A stretch of 64,000 nt of DNA, from contig DAHVRZ010000001.1 of assembly GCA_027324805.1 (NCBI GenBank), positions 66,945-130,944 on the forward strand. The letters are read 5' to 3'. The notes below the pieces were generated by a model that did not search any database, was not told the origin of the DNA, and saw only the letters and a program-made list of their open reading frames with translations. Below, in pieces: positions 8,513 to 18,039 of the stretch. Position 1 is the first letter of the stretch; every line of letters starts with the position of its first letter. The DNA comes from Candidatus Parcubacteria bacterium (GTDB lineage: Bacteria > Patescibacteriota > Minisyncoccia > UBA6257 > 2-01-FULL-56-20). The position numbers were made by a program, and so were the translations under genes.

Positions 8513-9613
8513 TATCGGTTTGAGAATATAGAAGTATGAGTTGTCGCTTGTTGAACGGATAAGCGACGGCCCAGCGTCTTCTTGTAGCCCAAAGAATGCA
8601 TCTTCGGTTTTTATACCCTTCATTGCATCCGCAAGAAATCGCCAATTAAAAAATGTTTCGCCCATATCCCCTTTGATCTTTGCCGGGAGTGTTTGTTTGT
8701 TCTCGCCGAGGGCTTGATCCGCTGATGCAACCTCTACCGCTTTTTTGTTCTCATGAATTCGCATTTTCACCTCGCTGTTTTTCTGCCCAAATACTCCAGC
8801 AAGACGCACCGCTGCCGCAAACTCTTCTCGATTCACCACAACCTCTGCCCCAAACTCAAGTGGTATGATGCCGGAATAGTCGGGGAAATTACCCTCTATA
8901 AGTCGTGATATAAGCTCTGTGTTTTCTGTTGCTGCAAGAATTTGATTTTCATCCCAAAACAACCTCACCTCTTCTTCTTCGTGGACTATACGCGCCATCT
9001 CAAGGGCTGTGCGGAGCGGCACAAGTATTTTGAAAGGTTCTTTATTTTTTGAAGAGAATAGATTTGAGGGTAGTGATTTTTCCGCAAGACGAAATCCATC
9101 CGTCGCGGCAAGAATAAGATTTTCTATTGAAAAATTAAAAAGGATGCTGTTGAGTTCTGGTCTTAGGTCGGAATATTGCGATGCAACAACAACTTGTTGT
9201 ATTGCCTCTTTGATTATTGCCCCTTTTATGGTTATAAATCTTTCTTTATTTTTTATTGTTGGGGTTATTGGAAAATCGTCAGGGGGGAGTCCATTGATAG
9301 TGGCATTGTAATTATCAGTTGTCACCTCGAGATTATTTCCTTTTTCCTCAAAATTAAGCCTGTCGCTTTGAATATTTCCAATAAGATTGGAAAGAAGTGC
9401 TAATGGAGATGAGACCTTCCCATCTTCAATAATTTTTCCTGTTACTTTATGACTTATGGCGATCTCAAGGTTTGTAGCAGAAAAAACAATAACCCCTTCT
9501 TTTGCTTCAATAAGGATATTTTTTAAAATAGGAAGGTTTGTATTTTCTCCCACCGCTTTTTCAATAACAGATATCGCCTCTTTTATGTTGGAACGTAACG
9601 CAATAAATTTCAT
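8501..9613 (-). CDS. dnaN: DNA polymerase III beta subunit (sliding clamp)
   Basis: MKFIALRSNIKEAISVIEKAV...LPILKNILIEA matches the typical DnaN N-terminus and length. It lies immediately downstream of dnaA. Confidence 0.9.
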   Translation of the reverse strand: MKFIALRSNIKEAISVIEKAVGENTNLPILKNILIEAKEGVIVFSATNLEIAISHKVTGKIIEDGKVSSPLALLSNLIGNIQSDRLNFEEKGNNLEVTTDNYNATINGLPPDDFPITPTIKNKERFITIKGAIIKEAIQQVVVASQYSDLRPELNSILFNFSIENLILAATDGFRLAEKSLPSNLFSSKNKEPFKILVPLRTALEMARIVHEEEEVRLFWDENQILAATENTELISRLIEGNFPDYSGIIPLEFGAEVVVNREEFAAAVRLAGVFGQKNSEVKMRIHENKKAVEVASADQALGENKQTLPAKIKGDMGETFFNWRFLADAMKGIKTEDAFFGLQEDAGPSLIRSTSDNSYFYILKPILKA

Positions 9614-9659
9614 ACTCTTAATATAAATATATTATATATAAATACTTTTTATTGGAATT

Positions 9660-9750
9660 GTTATTAGTCCTGTGGATTCTGTGGATAAAAATCTTTTTCC
9701 TTCTGTTTGTTAGTTTAAAAAAGATTTCACCATGTGGAAAATGTGGTGAC
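9660..9750. promoter_or_regulatory. DnaA-box cluster in dnaA-dnaN intergenic region
   Basis: TGTGGATTC at 9671 and TGTGGATAA at 9680 (reverse of TTATCCACA). TGTGGAAAA and TGTGGTGAC at 9733-9748. Confidence 0.6.
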
Positions 9751-11090
9751 TAACTCTTATAAATCAAATCCTTAATCATTAATATCTTCTGATTAAGTCC
9801 GGGATCTCTGTTGATTTCATTGTTGATCTTTTCATAAGAATGTATTGCGGTGGTGTGATCCCTCCCCAACTTTTCCCCAATATATGGATAGGAAAGGTCT
9901 GAGATATCCCGAAGAAGATAGATTGCGATCTGCCGTGGCTCGACAATTTCTTTCCGGCGCGTGTGACTCACAATATCTTCAATAGTGAGATTAAAAAATT
10001 CCGCAACCGCTTTTAGAATTTGTGTATCACTGATCCTTTTTGATGTGTTTTGAGTGGCTTTGTTTATTATTTCCTCCGCCATCCTCTCGGTAATATCGGT
10101 TTGTTTCCGCTCTTGGGTAAATATAATTTTTTTAAGGACACCCTCCAATTCGCGTATATTTTTCCTGAGTTTTTTTGCGACAAGATTGATAACCGGGTCA
10201 CTTAGGTGGCGGTTCATATCATCAAGCTTGCTTTTAATGATTGCCACGCGCATTTCAAATTCAGGATATGCGATATCCGCAATCAAGCCGCCCTCAAAAC
10301 GGGAGCGGAGGCGATCTTCAAGGACCGGGAGGGATTGTGGTGGTCGGTCGGAGGATATGATTATTTGTTTATCATTCTCATAAAGTGCGTTGAATGTATG
10401 GAAGAACTCTTCTTCGGTTTTCTCTTTCCCGCCAATAAATTGGATATCGTCAATAATAAGAACATCAACATCCCGATATTTTTTCTTAATGCTTTCAATG
10501 CGGTCATTGCGAAGCCCCCAGACTATATCGCGCGTAAATTGTTCCGAAGAAACATATTTGGGCTTCACCCTCCCTTTGTGTTTAAAAATTATCTCATTAC
10601 CGATACCCTGTATGAGATGGGTTTTTCCCAGCCCAACCCCTCCATACACAAAGAAAGGGTTATATTTTTTACCAATACTTTCCGTTATTGCCGTGGCAGC
10701 TGCAAAAGCTAGTTCATTAGAGGGACCAACAACAAACGACGAAAGACGATATTTGGGATTAAGACCTGTTTCCGGATCCGTTTTAAAATCAAGATCAATC
10801 CCATCAACCTCTTGAGCCTCAATTGTTGTTGGTTGTGCAAAATATTTCCCCCCAACCACAAACTCGATCTTTTTCACAGAGCCATCAAAACCCCTCATAA
10901 TACCAAGAAGGTTTTTTTGATACTTATTTTCCACCCATGTCTTTGTAAAATTATTCGGGAGAGCGACCACAATAGTGTCGTCCTTTTTCTCCACTAATTG
11001 GCTGTTCTTCAGCCATGTTGCGAAATGGGCCTTTGAAAGCTGTATTTGCATCTCCCCCAACGTCGACTGCCACATTTGTTCAAGGTCCAT
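9750..11090 (-). CDS. dnaA: chromosomal replication initiator protein DnaA
   Basis: AAA+ Walker A GGVGLGKTHL and Walker B LIIDDIQF. C-terminal DNA-binding helix-turn-helix HTRRKEIVEPRQIAIYL...GRDHTTAIHSYEKI. Confidence 0.95.
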   Translation of the reverse strand: MDLEQMWQSTLGEMQIQLSKAHFATWLKNSQLVEKKDDTIVVALPNNFTKTWVENKYQKNLLGIMRGFDGSVKKIEFVVGGKYFAQPTTIEAQEVDGIDLDFKTDPETGLNPKYRLSSFVVGPSNELAFAAATAITESIGKKYNPFFVYGGVGLGKTHLIQGIGNEIIFKHKGRVKPKYVSSEQFTRDIVWGLRNDRIESIKKKYRDVDVLIIDDIQFIGGKEKTEEEFFHTFNALYENDKQIIISSDRPPQSLPVLEDRLRSRFEGGLIADIAYPEFEMRVAIIKSKLDDMNRHLSDPVINLVAKKLRKNIRELEGVLKKIIFTQERKQTDITERMAEEIINKATQNTSKRISDTQILKAVAEFFNLTIEDIVSHTRRKEIVEPRQIAIYLLRDISDLSYPYIGEKLGRDHTTAIHSYEKINNEINRDPGLNQKILMIKDLIYKS

Positions 11091-11259
11091 GCTAAAGATG
11101 TGATATTTGGTGATGACGGTTTCGCGACCCGTGTTTGTGGATTCATTATTCTCCTTTCATTAAAGTAAGTCAAAGCGCCAAAAAAAGAATTAGTTGTGCA
11201 TTTTTTGTGCATAACTTTTTGTGGTTGCTTTTTTATGAGGCCATGGTACCATCTACACC
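11091..11259. promoter_or_regulatory. candidate oriC / dnaA promoter region (rpmH-dnaA divergent intergenic)
   Basis: AT-rich stretch with several near-consensus DnaA boxes: TGTGGATTC at 11139 and TGTGCATAA-like sites at ~11190-11210. Canonical rpmH<>dnaA arrangement. Confidence 0.55.
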
Positions 11260-11394
11260 ATGTCGACCACCTACAACCCCAAAAAGAAAAAGCGGAAGAG
11301 GACGCACGGTTTTCTTGTGCGTCAAAAAACCGCTACGGGGAGGCGCGTACTCTCCCGAAGGAGGGCGAAAAATCGTCGAAAACTGACGGTATAG
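11260..11394 (+). CDS. rpmH: 50S ribosomal protein L34
   Basis: 44-aa translation [44 protein letters not shown]. Too short for the ORF track. Confidence 0.9.
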   Translation: MSTTYNPKKKKRKRTHGFLVRQKTATGRRVLSRRRAKNRRKLTV

Positions 11395-11410
11395 TCCGTC
11401 GATCGCATTT

Positions 11411-11740
11411 GTGGCGGTAATCTCAGCGCCAAAACCCAAACACCTCCCCCGGGGGGAGTTTTCATCAAAAAAATTTAGGACGGTGCGAACGCCCTATTTT
11501 TCCGTAAAAGTGAAATTGAATGGCGGTGCGGCTGGCCGGATCGGCGTTGTGGTTGGTAAGTCGGCGGGGAAAACCGCGACAAAACGGAATTTTTTAAAGC
11601 GACAAGCGAGAGCAGGACTTAGAAAAACAACTGTGCCAGGAGAGGATATCCTTGTTATCGTTTCGCCCATGGCGGGGGGTCTCACCAAAAAGAACCTTCA
11701 CACAGAACTGGTACGCGCAATAAAAAAAGCACAGTCATAA
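11411..11740 (+). CDS. rnpA: ribonuclease P protein component
   Basis: Basic protein with a KRNFLKRQAR motif. Located between rpmH and yidC. Confidence 0.85.
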   Translation: MAVISAPKPKHLPRGEFSSKKFRTVRTPYFSVKVKLNGGAAGRIGVVVGKSAGKTATKRNFLKRQARAGLRKTTVPGEDILVIVSPMAGGLTKKNLHTELVRAIKKAQS

Positions 11741-11746
11741 TCCACT

Positions 11747-12457
11747 ATGCAATTTCTTTACCAACAGATCTTCTACAGGCCGATCTTCAATATCCTCGTC
11801 TTCTTTTATGAAACGGCGTCATTCCATGATCTTGGCATCGCGATCATCCTCACAACCGTCCTTATCCGCCTTATTCTCTACCCGTTCTTCCATAGCGGCG
11901 CGAAACAGCAGATGCTCATGCAGCGGATCCAGCCGAAAGTGAAGAAGATCCAAGAGATTCATAAGGGTGATATGCAAAAACAATCGGAGGAGCTCATGGC
12001 GCTTTATAAAGAACATGGCGTCAATCCATTCTCCACATTCCTTCTGCTTATCATCCAACTCCCTATTATGTTTGCCTTTTATTGGGTGGTGAGGGCGGGC
12101 ATCGGACCTTCACAATTCTCAAGTCTTTATTCATTCGTCCACGCTCCCTCAAGTGTTGGTACGATGTTTTTGGGTTTTATTAATCTTACGTCGCCGAGCT
12201 GGCTCGTAATCGTTTTTGCCGCCGCCGCCCAATTCATTCAAGCGCGCCTCGCGATATGGCGCGCGCCTGCAGGGAGTCAGCCATCGCAGGCGGAAAAGAT
12301 TCAACGCCAAATGATGTATATCACTCCACTTATCACCCTATTGGTCTTCTATGCTCTTCCATCATCAGTCGGACTTTATTGGTTTGTTTCATCGGCTTTT
12401 TCGGCCGTCCAGCAGTACGTTGTGAACCGACATCTCCGTATGAAATACGGGAATTAA
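11747..12457 (+). CDS. yidC: membrane protein insertase YidC (short Gram-positive-type)
   Basis: Multi-TM protein. Conserved YidC/Oxa1 core motifs. Follows rnpA. Confidence 0.85.
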   Translation: MQFLYQQIFYRPIFNILVFFYETASFHDLGIAIILTTVLIRLILYPFFHSGAKQQMLMQRIQPKVKKIQEIHKGDMQKQSEELMALYKEHGVNPFSTFLLLIIQLPIMFAFYWVVRAGIGPSQFSSLYSFVHAPSSVGTMFLGFINLTSPSWLVIVFAAAAQFIQARLAIWRAPAGSQPSQAEKIQRQMMYITPLITLLVFYALPSSVGLYWFVSSAFSAVQQYVVNRHLRMKYGN

Positions 12458-12514
12458 AAACTCCCCGCAGCCTTCCTCCCGGCTGCGCCGTGCTTGATTT
12501 TCCGATAAAAGTAT

Positions 12515-12967
12515 GTGATAATTATCGCCATGGAAAACTGGGAGGCTTTCATCACGCACATACTTGACCTGACCGGATTCAAAGACTATCGCGTTGAGGT
12601 GAAAGAAGATGAAAAACGCGGCCTCGTTTTCATCTATGAAAGTCAGCAGATGCTCAAGGAAAACCTCCCTGCAATCGTTGATGCAATGAACCATATTGCC
12701 CAGATGGTGGCGAAGAAGCATAAACAAGAACCCATCTTCATTGATATCAATAATTATCGCCACGACCGCGAAGCGATCATCGCTGAGCTGGCGCGCGCGG
12801 CGGCGAAGAAGGCCGCGGCTACAAAACAGAACGTGCCGCTTCCGGCGATGAACTCCTATGAGCGAAGGATCGTCCATACAGAACTCGCGATCCATCCCGA
12901 TGTCCGCACCGAGAGTATCGGCGAGGGCAAGGAACGGTACGTTGTGGTGATGCCAATCGCCGAATAA
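12515..12967 (+). CDS. jag: Jag/KhpB-like R3H RNA-binding protein
   Basis: C-terminal R3H motif NSYERRIVHTELAIHPDVRTESIGEGKERYVVV. Position after yidC. Confidence 0.8.
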   Translation: MIIIAMENWEAFITHILDLTGFKDYRVEVKEDEKRGLVFIYESQQMLKENLPAIVDAMNHIAQMVAKKHKQEPIFIDINNYRHDREAIIAELARAAAKKAAATKQNVPLPAMNSYERRIVHTELAIHPDVRTESIGEGKERYVVVMPIAE

Positions 12968-13003
12968 AAATATCCCACTTCACTGAAGTGGGATATTTTT
13001 TAT
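12966..13003. terminator. bidirectional rho-independent terminator
   Basis: AAAAATATCCCACTTCACTGAAGTGGGATATTTTTT, a perfect hairpin flanked by A and T tracts. Lies between convergent genes. Confidence 0.8.
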
Positions 13004-13031
13004 CTGCCCCCTTTTTTTCTTTAGGGCTTTT

Positions 13032-14270
13032 CTATTGCAACGTCAGCGCATAGAGTTTTTGATCGTATCGGTTCACGAAGAATAATATATTATTAAATAC
13101 TTTCATATCAGTTGCATCGATATGGGGGGGTGCATCGGCGCGAAGGATATTTATATCCCCCGAGGATGCGTTGATACTCTCGATCTGATCGGAGGTGAAC
13201 AACCCCATCATGTTATATGCGTCGGGGAGTTGTGCCGATGTAAATCCGGTTTGGTCCGTGGGCACGCCGCAGTACAGATATGCTTCCGATGAGGATGCTC
13301 CCGTCGCCGGCGAGAAAACACATTTTGAAGGGAGCGTCAGGAACGAAAGAGAGTGTATAACCGATCCCGACGTGTTGATCAGCTGAAGGGACGGCGATCC
13401 GTTTCCTTCCGCGAACAGAAGGCCGGCGGTGTCGGTGGCGGAGAGGCCTCCCCATGCCGCTTCGAGCCCCGGTATCTCATACTCCACCGACATAAGTCTT
13501 CCAGTCGATGTATCGAACATCCAGATGGAATTTTCCGCATTCGCGCTCGGTCTGTCCGAAAGCACGAATCGCGTCTTCCCTATCCACTGGAGGGAAAGAT
13601 CGGTCGCTGGCAGCGCAATCTCCACGGCGGGTGCCTTTTTGAGATTTGAGGCATCCAGAATACCGAGTGCCATTCCGCTGTTCGTTGTCTGTACGAGATA
13701 TGCGATCCGGTAATCATTATTAATGGGCGACCACTGCGGCGATTGCATGCCTTTCGGCGCCGCTATCCAAGCCTTTGAAGCAATATCGAATATTTCCGTC
13801 TGGGGCGCGGTCCGGTTGCCGGAATTGACCAATATCTTTTTCCCGTCATGTGAGAAACTTGCGGATATGATGTCGGAGATCGTCGTCGAGCTAAGGACGG
13901 TGCTTGAGCCATTCGAGATGGAGACCACTGTGCCGTCCGTCATGAGCGCAGTGACGGCATTTTGCGCATTTACAAAATAATCCAAGACCGGTCCGTCCGA
14001 CACGATGCCGAACGTCTGGGCTGGACTCCCCTGGCCCAAAACTATCGTCGCACTCGTACCGCTCGATGAAGAACTCACACTGTTTCCGCCGCCGGAGGTG
14101 CCGCTCCCATTCTGTCCGCCCGTGGAACCTTGCGTGCCGACCTGTGGCAAGGACCCCGTTCCTAATCCCAAGAACGAGGAGGAGGGATTCTTTTTGAGAT
14201 AGAATATGACACCTATCGCGATCGCGGCGATGACGATGATTATAAAAATGATATAGAGGTAGCGTTTCAT
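13032..14270 (-). CDS. membrane-anchored secreted beta-propeller (TolB/PD40-like) protein; last gene of T4SS-like operon
   Basis: N-terminal TM segment, Ser/Gly-rich linker, then repeated beta-rich segments (SFSHDGKKILV). Confidence 0.6.
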   Translation of the reverse strand: MKRYLYIIFIIIVIAAIAIGVIFYLKKNPSSSFLGLGTGSLPQVGTQGSTGGQNGSGTSGGGNSVSSSSSGTSATIVLGQGSPAQTFGIVSDGPVLDYFVNAQNAVTALMTDGTVVSISNGSSTVLSSTTISDIISASFSHDGKKILVNSGNRTAPQTEIFDIASKAWIAAPKGMQSPQWSPINNDYRIAYLVQTTNSGMALGILDASNLKKAPAVEIALPATDLSLQWIGKTRFVLSDRPSANAENSIWMFDTSTGRLMSVEYEIPGLEAAWGGLSATDTAGLLFAEGNGSPSLQLINTSGSVIHSLSFLTLPSKCVFSPATGASSSEAYLYCGVPTDQTGFTSAQLPDAYNMMGLFTSDQIESINASSGDINILRADAPPHIDATDMKVFNNILFFVNRYDQKLYALTLQ

Positions 14271-14289
14271 GGATATATTCCCGTGGGAG

Positions 14290-14694
14290 TTATTTTGTGC
14301 TCGATTGCGATGTCGGTTTTACTCCGTCAAGCGTTGGGAGATTCAGACTGACGAGGTTCGGATTGATGACATTCAGGATCATATACGCCCCTGCAAGGAG
14401 AAGGATGCCCATGATGGCAGCCTTGATCCATTCTTTCGCATCGCTCTGGCCCGAGGGGTTCCCCACCGAAGCCATATATTTCACTCCTCCATAGACGATG
14501 ATGCCGAAAGCAAGGATACCGGCGACGGACAATGCATATTGGTAGAAGTTTGCGACAAAGGCGGAGGGAGAAGAGGTGGCGGTCGTGGCGTACTGCCCGG
14601 GGATGGAAGCGGATATATCAATACCATAGGCGACATTCGCCAGGCCGGCGAGCAGTGCCGTGACCGACGCCGTCAATGCCAATTTTTGTTTCAT
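14290..14694 (-). CDS. VirB2/TrbC-like T4SS pilin-family protein (short paralogue)
   Basis: Signal peptide, hydrophobic helix, YGGVKYMASVGNPSGQSDAKEW loop, second hydrophobic helix. The mature N-terminal ~80 aa is identical to the 56686 gene. Confidence 0.65.
   Translation of the reverse strand: MKQKLALTASVTALLAGLANVAYGIDISASIPGQYATTATSSPSAFVANFYQYALSVAGILAFGIIVYGGVKYMASVGNPSGQSDAKEWIKAAIMGILLLAGAYMILNVINPNLVSLNLPTLDGVKPTSQSSTK
14385..14616. repeat. near-identical ~230-bp segment (copy A) shared with 56791-57022 in inverted orientation
   Basis: By-eye alignment of the reverse complement of 14400-14616 against 56791-57030 shows only two mismatches. Identity decays beyond ~14385. Confidence 0.85.
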
Positions 14695-15407
14695 AGCTGG
14701 CTGTTATAGGTCAGGGTGCTTTGCGTGTTGGCAACGACAGATCCCGACTGATTTGCTATCGCGAGGGAAACGGTGATGCCAGTGCCGGACGGCGTCCCCT
14801 GCGGCAGTGTGATTTCGGCGCTTTCAGGATTTTCCGCATTGGATCCCGTGGTGCCGTCCACCGCCCATGTATATGAGAGGTTCGAAGGTGCAAGCGGGAA
14901 GAAGTATGGCAGGGCGGTTACGGCGACAGGATTCGATGAAAAGTTTCCGCTCGGATAAGGTGCTTCGATCACCGCCACCGGGTTCACGAAAGGAAGCTGA
15001 ATTTCATGCACCAAATCCATCCCGTTATAATTCGGCAGTTCAACCTTCAGGGTTAGGGAGTTGGGTGGGGTTCCGAATGGAACGAAGGTCACTTTTGTAA
15101 CCCCTATCCCGCCTCCAATAAGAGTATCGTTCAGGTACCAATAGATCGTCTGCTGGCTCAGATCATCCACCTTTCCGCCGGATACCAATGTCATCTCCGC
15201 AAGCACCTGGGAGCCATAAGAAGGGAGCGCTTTCCCGGCATAGAAGGAAGGAACGTTGCTGTTGATCGCTTTCCAGGTCAGCATAAATTGCGGATCGGAG
15301 GCGGTTTGTGCGTGGGTGTTACTGGGAAAAGCAAGAAAAACAGAAGCCAATAAGCCTGCGATAATCCCGGTTAGCGCAACATACTTAAGGATGCGTCGAG
15401 GAAGCAT
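14691..15407 (-). CDS. secreted hypothetical protein
   Basis: Signal peptide/TM at the N-terminus. Beta-rich. The 4-nt overlap with the downstream gene suggests translational coupling. Confidence 0.55.
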   Translation of the reverse strand: MLPRRILKYVALTGIIAGLLASVFLAFPSNTHAQTASDPQFMLTWKAINSNVPSFYAGKALPSYGSQVLAEMTLVSGGKVDDLSQQTIYWYLNDTLIGGGIGVTKVTFVPFGTPPNSLTLKVELPNYNGMDLVHEIQLPFVNPVAVIEAPYPSGNFSSNPVAVTALPYFFPLAPSNLSYTWAVDGTTGSNAENPESAEITLPQGTPSGTGITVSLAIANQSGSVVANTQSTLTYNSQL

Positions 15408-15448
15408 ATCTTTGTTTTAGTATAACACATCGAACCTCAAGCGCGGCG

Positions 15449-16246
15449 CTATGCCGCCTCGGAAAACTCCTCCCAATCCGCGTCCTTGTTGTTTTTCTCT
15501 TCCTCCTTGTTCCGTTGTTGCTGGTCCAGGCGATCGAGGGTGTCGAACGCTTTTTTGGCTTTCTTTGTTGCTTCGCTTTCTTCGTTCTTTTGGGAACCCT
15601 TTTCTTCTTGGGGTTTCTCGGGTTTTTCTTCTCCGCCCAACTCCTCTTGAGGTTCGGTAAGTTCCTCTTGGAGATTCTCCATCGGATTCCTTTCTTCAGG
15701 AGGAGTAAATTCTTCTCCGGAACCCCCTTCGGCAGCTCCTTCCGCAGCGGAAGATCCTTCTCCGGCGGCCCCTCCGGCTTCCGTCGCCGCTTCGCCGGTC
15801 GCGGTCGCCCCTTCCGCAGCCGCCTCTCCGGCGGTCGCGGCGGCCCCTCCGGCTTCCGCTGCCGTTGCAGCAGCCTCAGCTGCTGCACCTGTCGCCGCGG
15901 CGCCCTCAAGCGTCTCGCCCGCGCCGGCGGTCGCGACCGCGATGCCCTGGATGATGACCTGTTCCGCCACGATTGCAAAAATCTTGTTGGAGAAGATCAG
16001 GGCGAGGAACATCCCAACCATAAGCAACGGAAGAGGGACGATGAAGGCGATGAGAAGGATAAGTTTTGCTATAAATCCTTTTGTTTTCGGCCAGAAGAAG
16101 CCGAGCACAAATATACCTGCGACATAGTGCGTAATAATCAAAAAGAACGATATGTCGCCCATGAATGCGGCGACGAATGCGAACACCACCCCAACATCGA
16201 AGATGTCTATTTTATTTCCTCCGCCCTCTTCGAGTTCTTCGTCCAT
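15449..16246 (-). CDS. polytopic membrane protein with Ala/Glu-rich low-complexity C-terminus
   Basis: 3-4 TM helices, then an AAEA/GE-rich acidic tail. Sits within the T4SS-like operon. Confidence 0.55.
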   Translation of the reverse strand: MDEELEEGGGNKIDIFDVGVVFAFVAAFMGDISFFLIITHYVAGIFVLGFFWPKTKGFIAKLILLIAFIVPLPLLMVGMFLALIFSNKIFAIVAEQVIIQGIAVATAGAGETLEGAAATGAAAEAAATAAEAGGAAATAGEAAAEGATATGEAATEAGGAAGEGSSAAEGAAEGGSGEEFTPPEERNPMENLQEELTEPQEELGGEEKPEKPQEEKGSQKNEESEATKKAKKAFDTLDRLDQQQRNKEEEKNNKDADWEEFSEAA

Positions 16247-16263
16247 CGCCGGGATCGATAAAT

Positions 16264-18039
16264 TTACAGTGCGCCTTTTTCCTCAAGCAACTGCTCTGGA
16301 TTCGTCGTTATGATCTGATCTTCGAAATACGATGGAACGATTTGGATCGCCACATGGCGTTTGCCGGCGAAGAAGATACCGGTGCCCACCTCTGCGCCAA
16401 GAAGGAAATTCTTTTCCGCATCGGTGAGATCGAATGCCTTTGCCACGATATCAATGGTTGCCGGCGCTTGTTTAAGGAGGAGCTGGATGGACGAGTTCGT
16501 TACGATCGGTCGTCCGTACGGCGAGCGTAGGAAATCCTCCACGTCCTGAGTGATCGTCGTAACGCCCAGATAATATTTGCGTGCACGCTTCACGAGGCCG
16601 AACAGGAACTGCGCGCTGTCGTCGTTCTTCATCATGATCCATGCTTCATCGATGAAGAGGAGGCGCTTGGCGAGTTTTGCGCGGATGATGTTCCAAATAA
16701 AGTTGAGCACGACGAACATCCCTATCGGGCGGAGCTCCTCTTCGAGGTCGCGAATGGAGAATACGATCAAGCGATTGTTCACGTCGATATTCGTCGCCTG
16801 ATTGAGGAACCCGGAGAAGCTACCTTTTGTGTATTTATAGAGCTTTTCCGCGAGTGAGATGCCGCCTTCCAAATTCCGCAATACCGTTTCCAGATCTCCA
16901 AGGAGAGGCGCTTCCTTGCCGGTGAAATCCTCGTCCGGCGTGATCTCGCGCGAAGCGTAGGTCTCGGTGATGGCGCGGTCGAGGATCGCGTCCTCTTCCG
17001 GTGTCACCGTGCCGACCATCAGCTTGATGAGCGATGCAAGCGTGACGATATGCGAGCGGAGAACGTCGGACGGCGTTTCGCCTTCCGGGATGATCGGTAT
17101 GTCGAAAGGATTGATATGCTCATGCGACGAGAGTGAGATATTGAACATGCTTCCGCCGAACGTCTTGGCCAATTTATCGTATTCGTTCTCCGGGTCGATC
17201 ACGAGCACCATATCGACGCCTTCCATGAGCGATCGGATGATCTCAAGCTTTGTCGTATAGGATTTGCCGGAGCCGGACTTGGCGAAGACCACTTGGTTGG
17301 CATTTTCAAGAGAGAATCGGTCGAAGATGACGAGATTTTCATTGTCGAGATTGATACCGTACATGATGCCCTGGTTCGATGAAAGGTCTTCCGAGATAAA
17401 CGGGAAGAACGAGGAGATGGGCGACGTATTCATTGGGCTCCATACCTCGAGCTTGTCCTCCGCGAGCGGAAGGATGGAGGTGAGACCGTCGAGCTGCTGG
17501 AAGAGCGCCGGCTTTATATAGATGAGTTTTGCCTCCATCATTGTGACGAGCTTGCTCTCGAGCCGTGCGAGTTCGTCTTCCGTATCGGCGTAAATAGTGA
17601 TATAGACCCCGACGTTAAACATCTTCTCCTGCGATTGCTGGAGCGAGTCGCGCAGCGACTCGACGTCGTTGATCGCCGTTTCGAGCACTGGATTGCGCAC
17701 AAGCCCCTTTTCCTGCTCCTCGTTCATCTCCGATTCGAGCTGACCCGCTTTTTTGCGGAGGTTCTTCAGTGCAAGCCCCGTATCGATCGGATTCACGAAT
17801 ATTGAAATATCGAAAAGGTTCGGGAGGTTGATTACCGGCTCGAACCAGCCCGTCGAAAGATAGCGCGGATAGGTCAGGATAAAAAATGTTTTTGCGATCT
17901 TGTCCCCGATCTTAAGGAAATTCGGAGATACCTCCGCGCCTGCGGGGGCTATTATCTTCTTTACATCCTGCGCTTGTTGATTTTCTTGGGTATCCTCCGG
18001 CATAGTGGTCCGTTTATTTTTTCTGGAAGGACGAAACAT
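16264..18039 (-). CDS. VirB4/TrbE (CagE)-like type IV secretion ATPase
   Basis: Walker A VVFAKSGSGKSYT, Walker B RLLFIDEAWIMM. The N-terminal region resembles the CagE_TrbE_VirB domain (FFILTYPRYLSTGWF). Confidence 0.8.
   Translation of the reverse strand: MFRPSRKNKRTTMPEDTQENQQAQDVKKIIAPAGAEVSPNFLKIGDKIAKTFFILTYPRYLSTGWFEPVINLPNLFDISIFVNPIDTGLALKNLRKKAGQLESEMNEEQEKGLVRNPVLETAINDVESLRDSLQQSQEKMFNVGVYITIYADTEDELARLESKLVTMMEAKLIYIKPALFQQLDGLTSILPLAEDKLEVWSPMNTSPISSFFPFISEDLSSNQGIMYGINLDNENLVIFDRFSLENANQVVFAKSGSGKSYTTKLEIIRSLMEGVDMVLVIDPENEYDKLAKTFGGSMFNISLSSHEHINPFDIPIIPEGETPSDVLRSHIVTLASLIKLMVGTVTPEEDAILDRAITETYASREITPDEDFTGKEAPLLGDLETVLRNLEGGISLAEKLYKYTKGSFSGFLNQATNIDVNNRLIVFSIRDLEEELRPIGMFVVLNFIWNIIRAKLAKRLLFIDEAWIMMKNDDSAQFLFGLVKRARKYYLGVTTITQDVEDFLRSPYGRPIVTNSSIQLLLKQAPATIDIVAKAFDLTDAEKNFLLGAEVGTGIFFAGKRHVAIQIVPSYFEDQIITTNPEQLLEEKGAL

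Noticed and set aside
15385-16261. Overlapping ORFs 15385-15978 (-) and 15515-16261 (+), K/R- or F/L-rich
   Set aside because: These are alternative-frame or antisense readings of the Ala/Glu-rich low-complexity tail of the 15449-16246 gene. The composition is artefactual.
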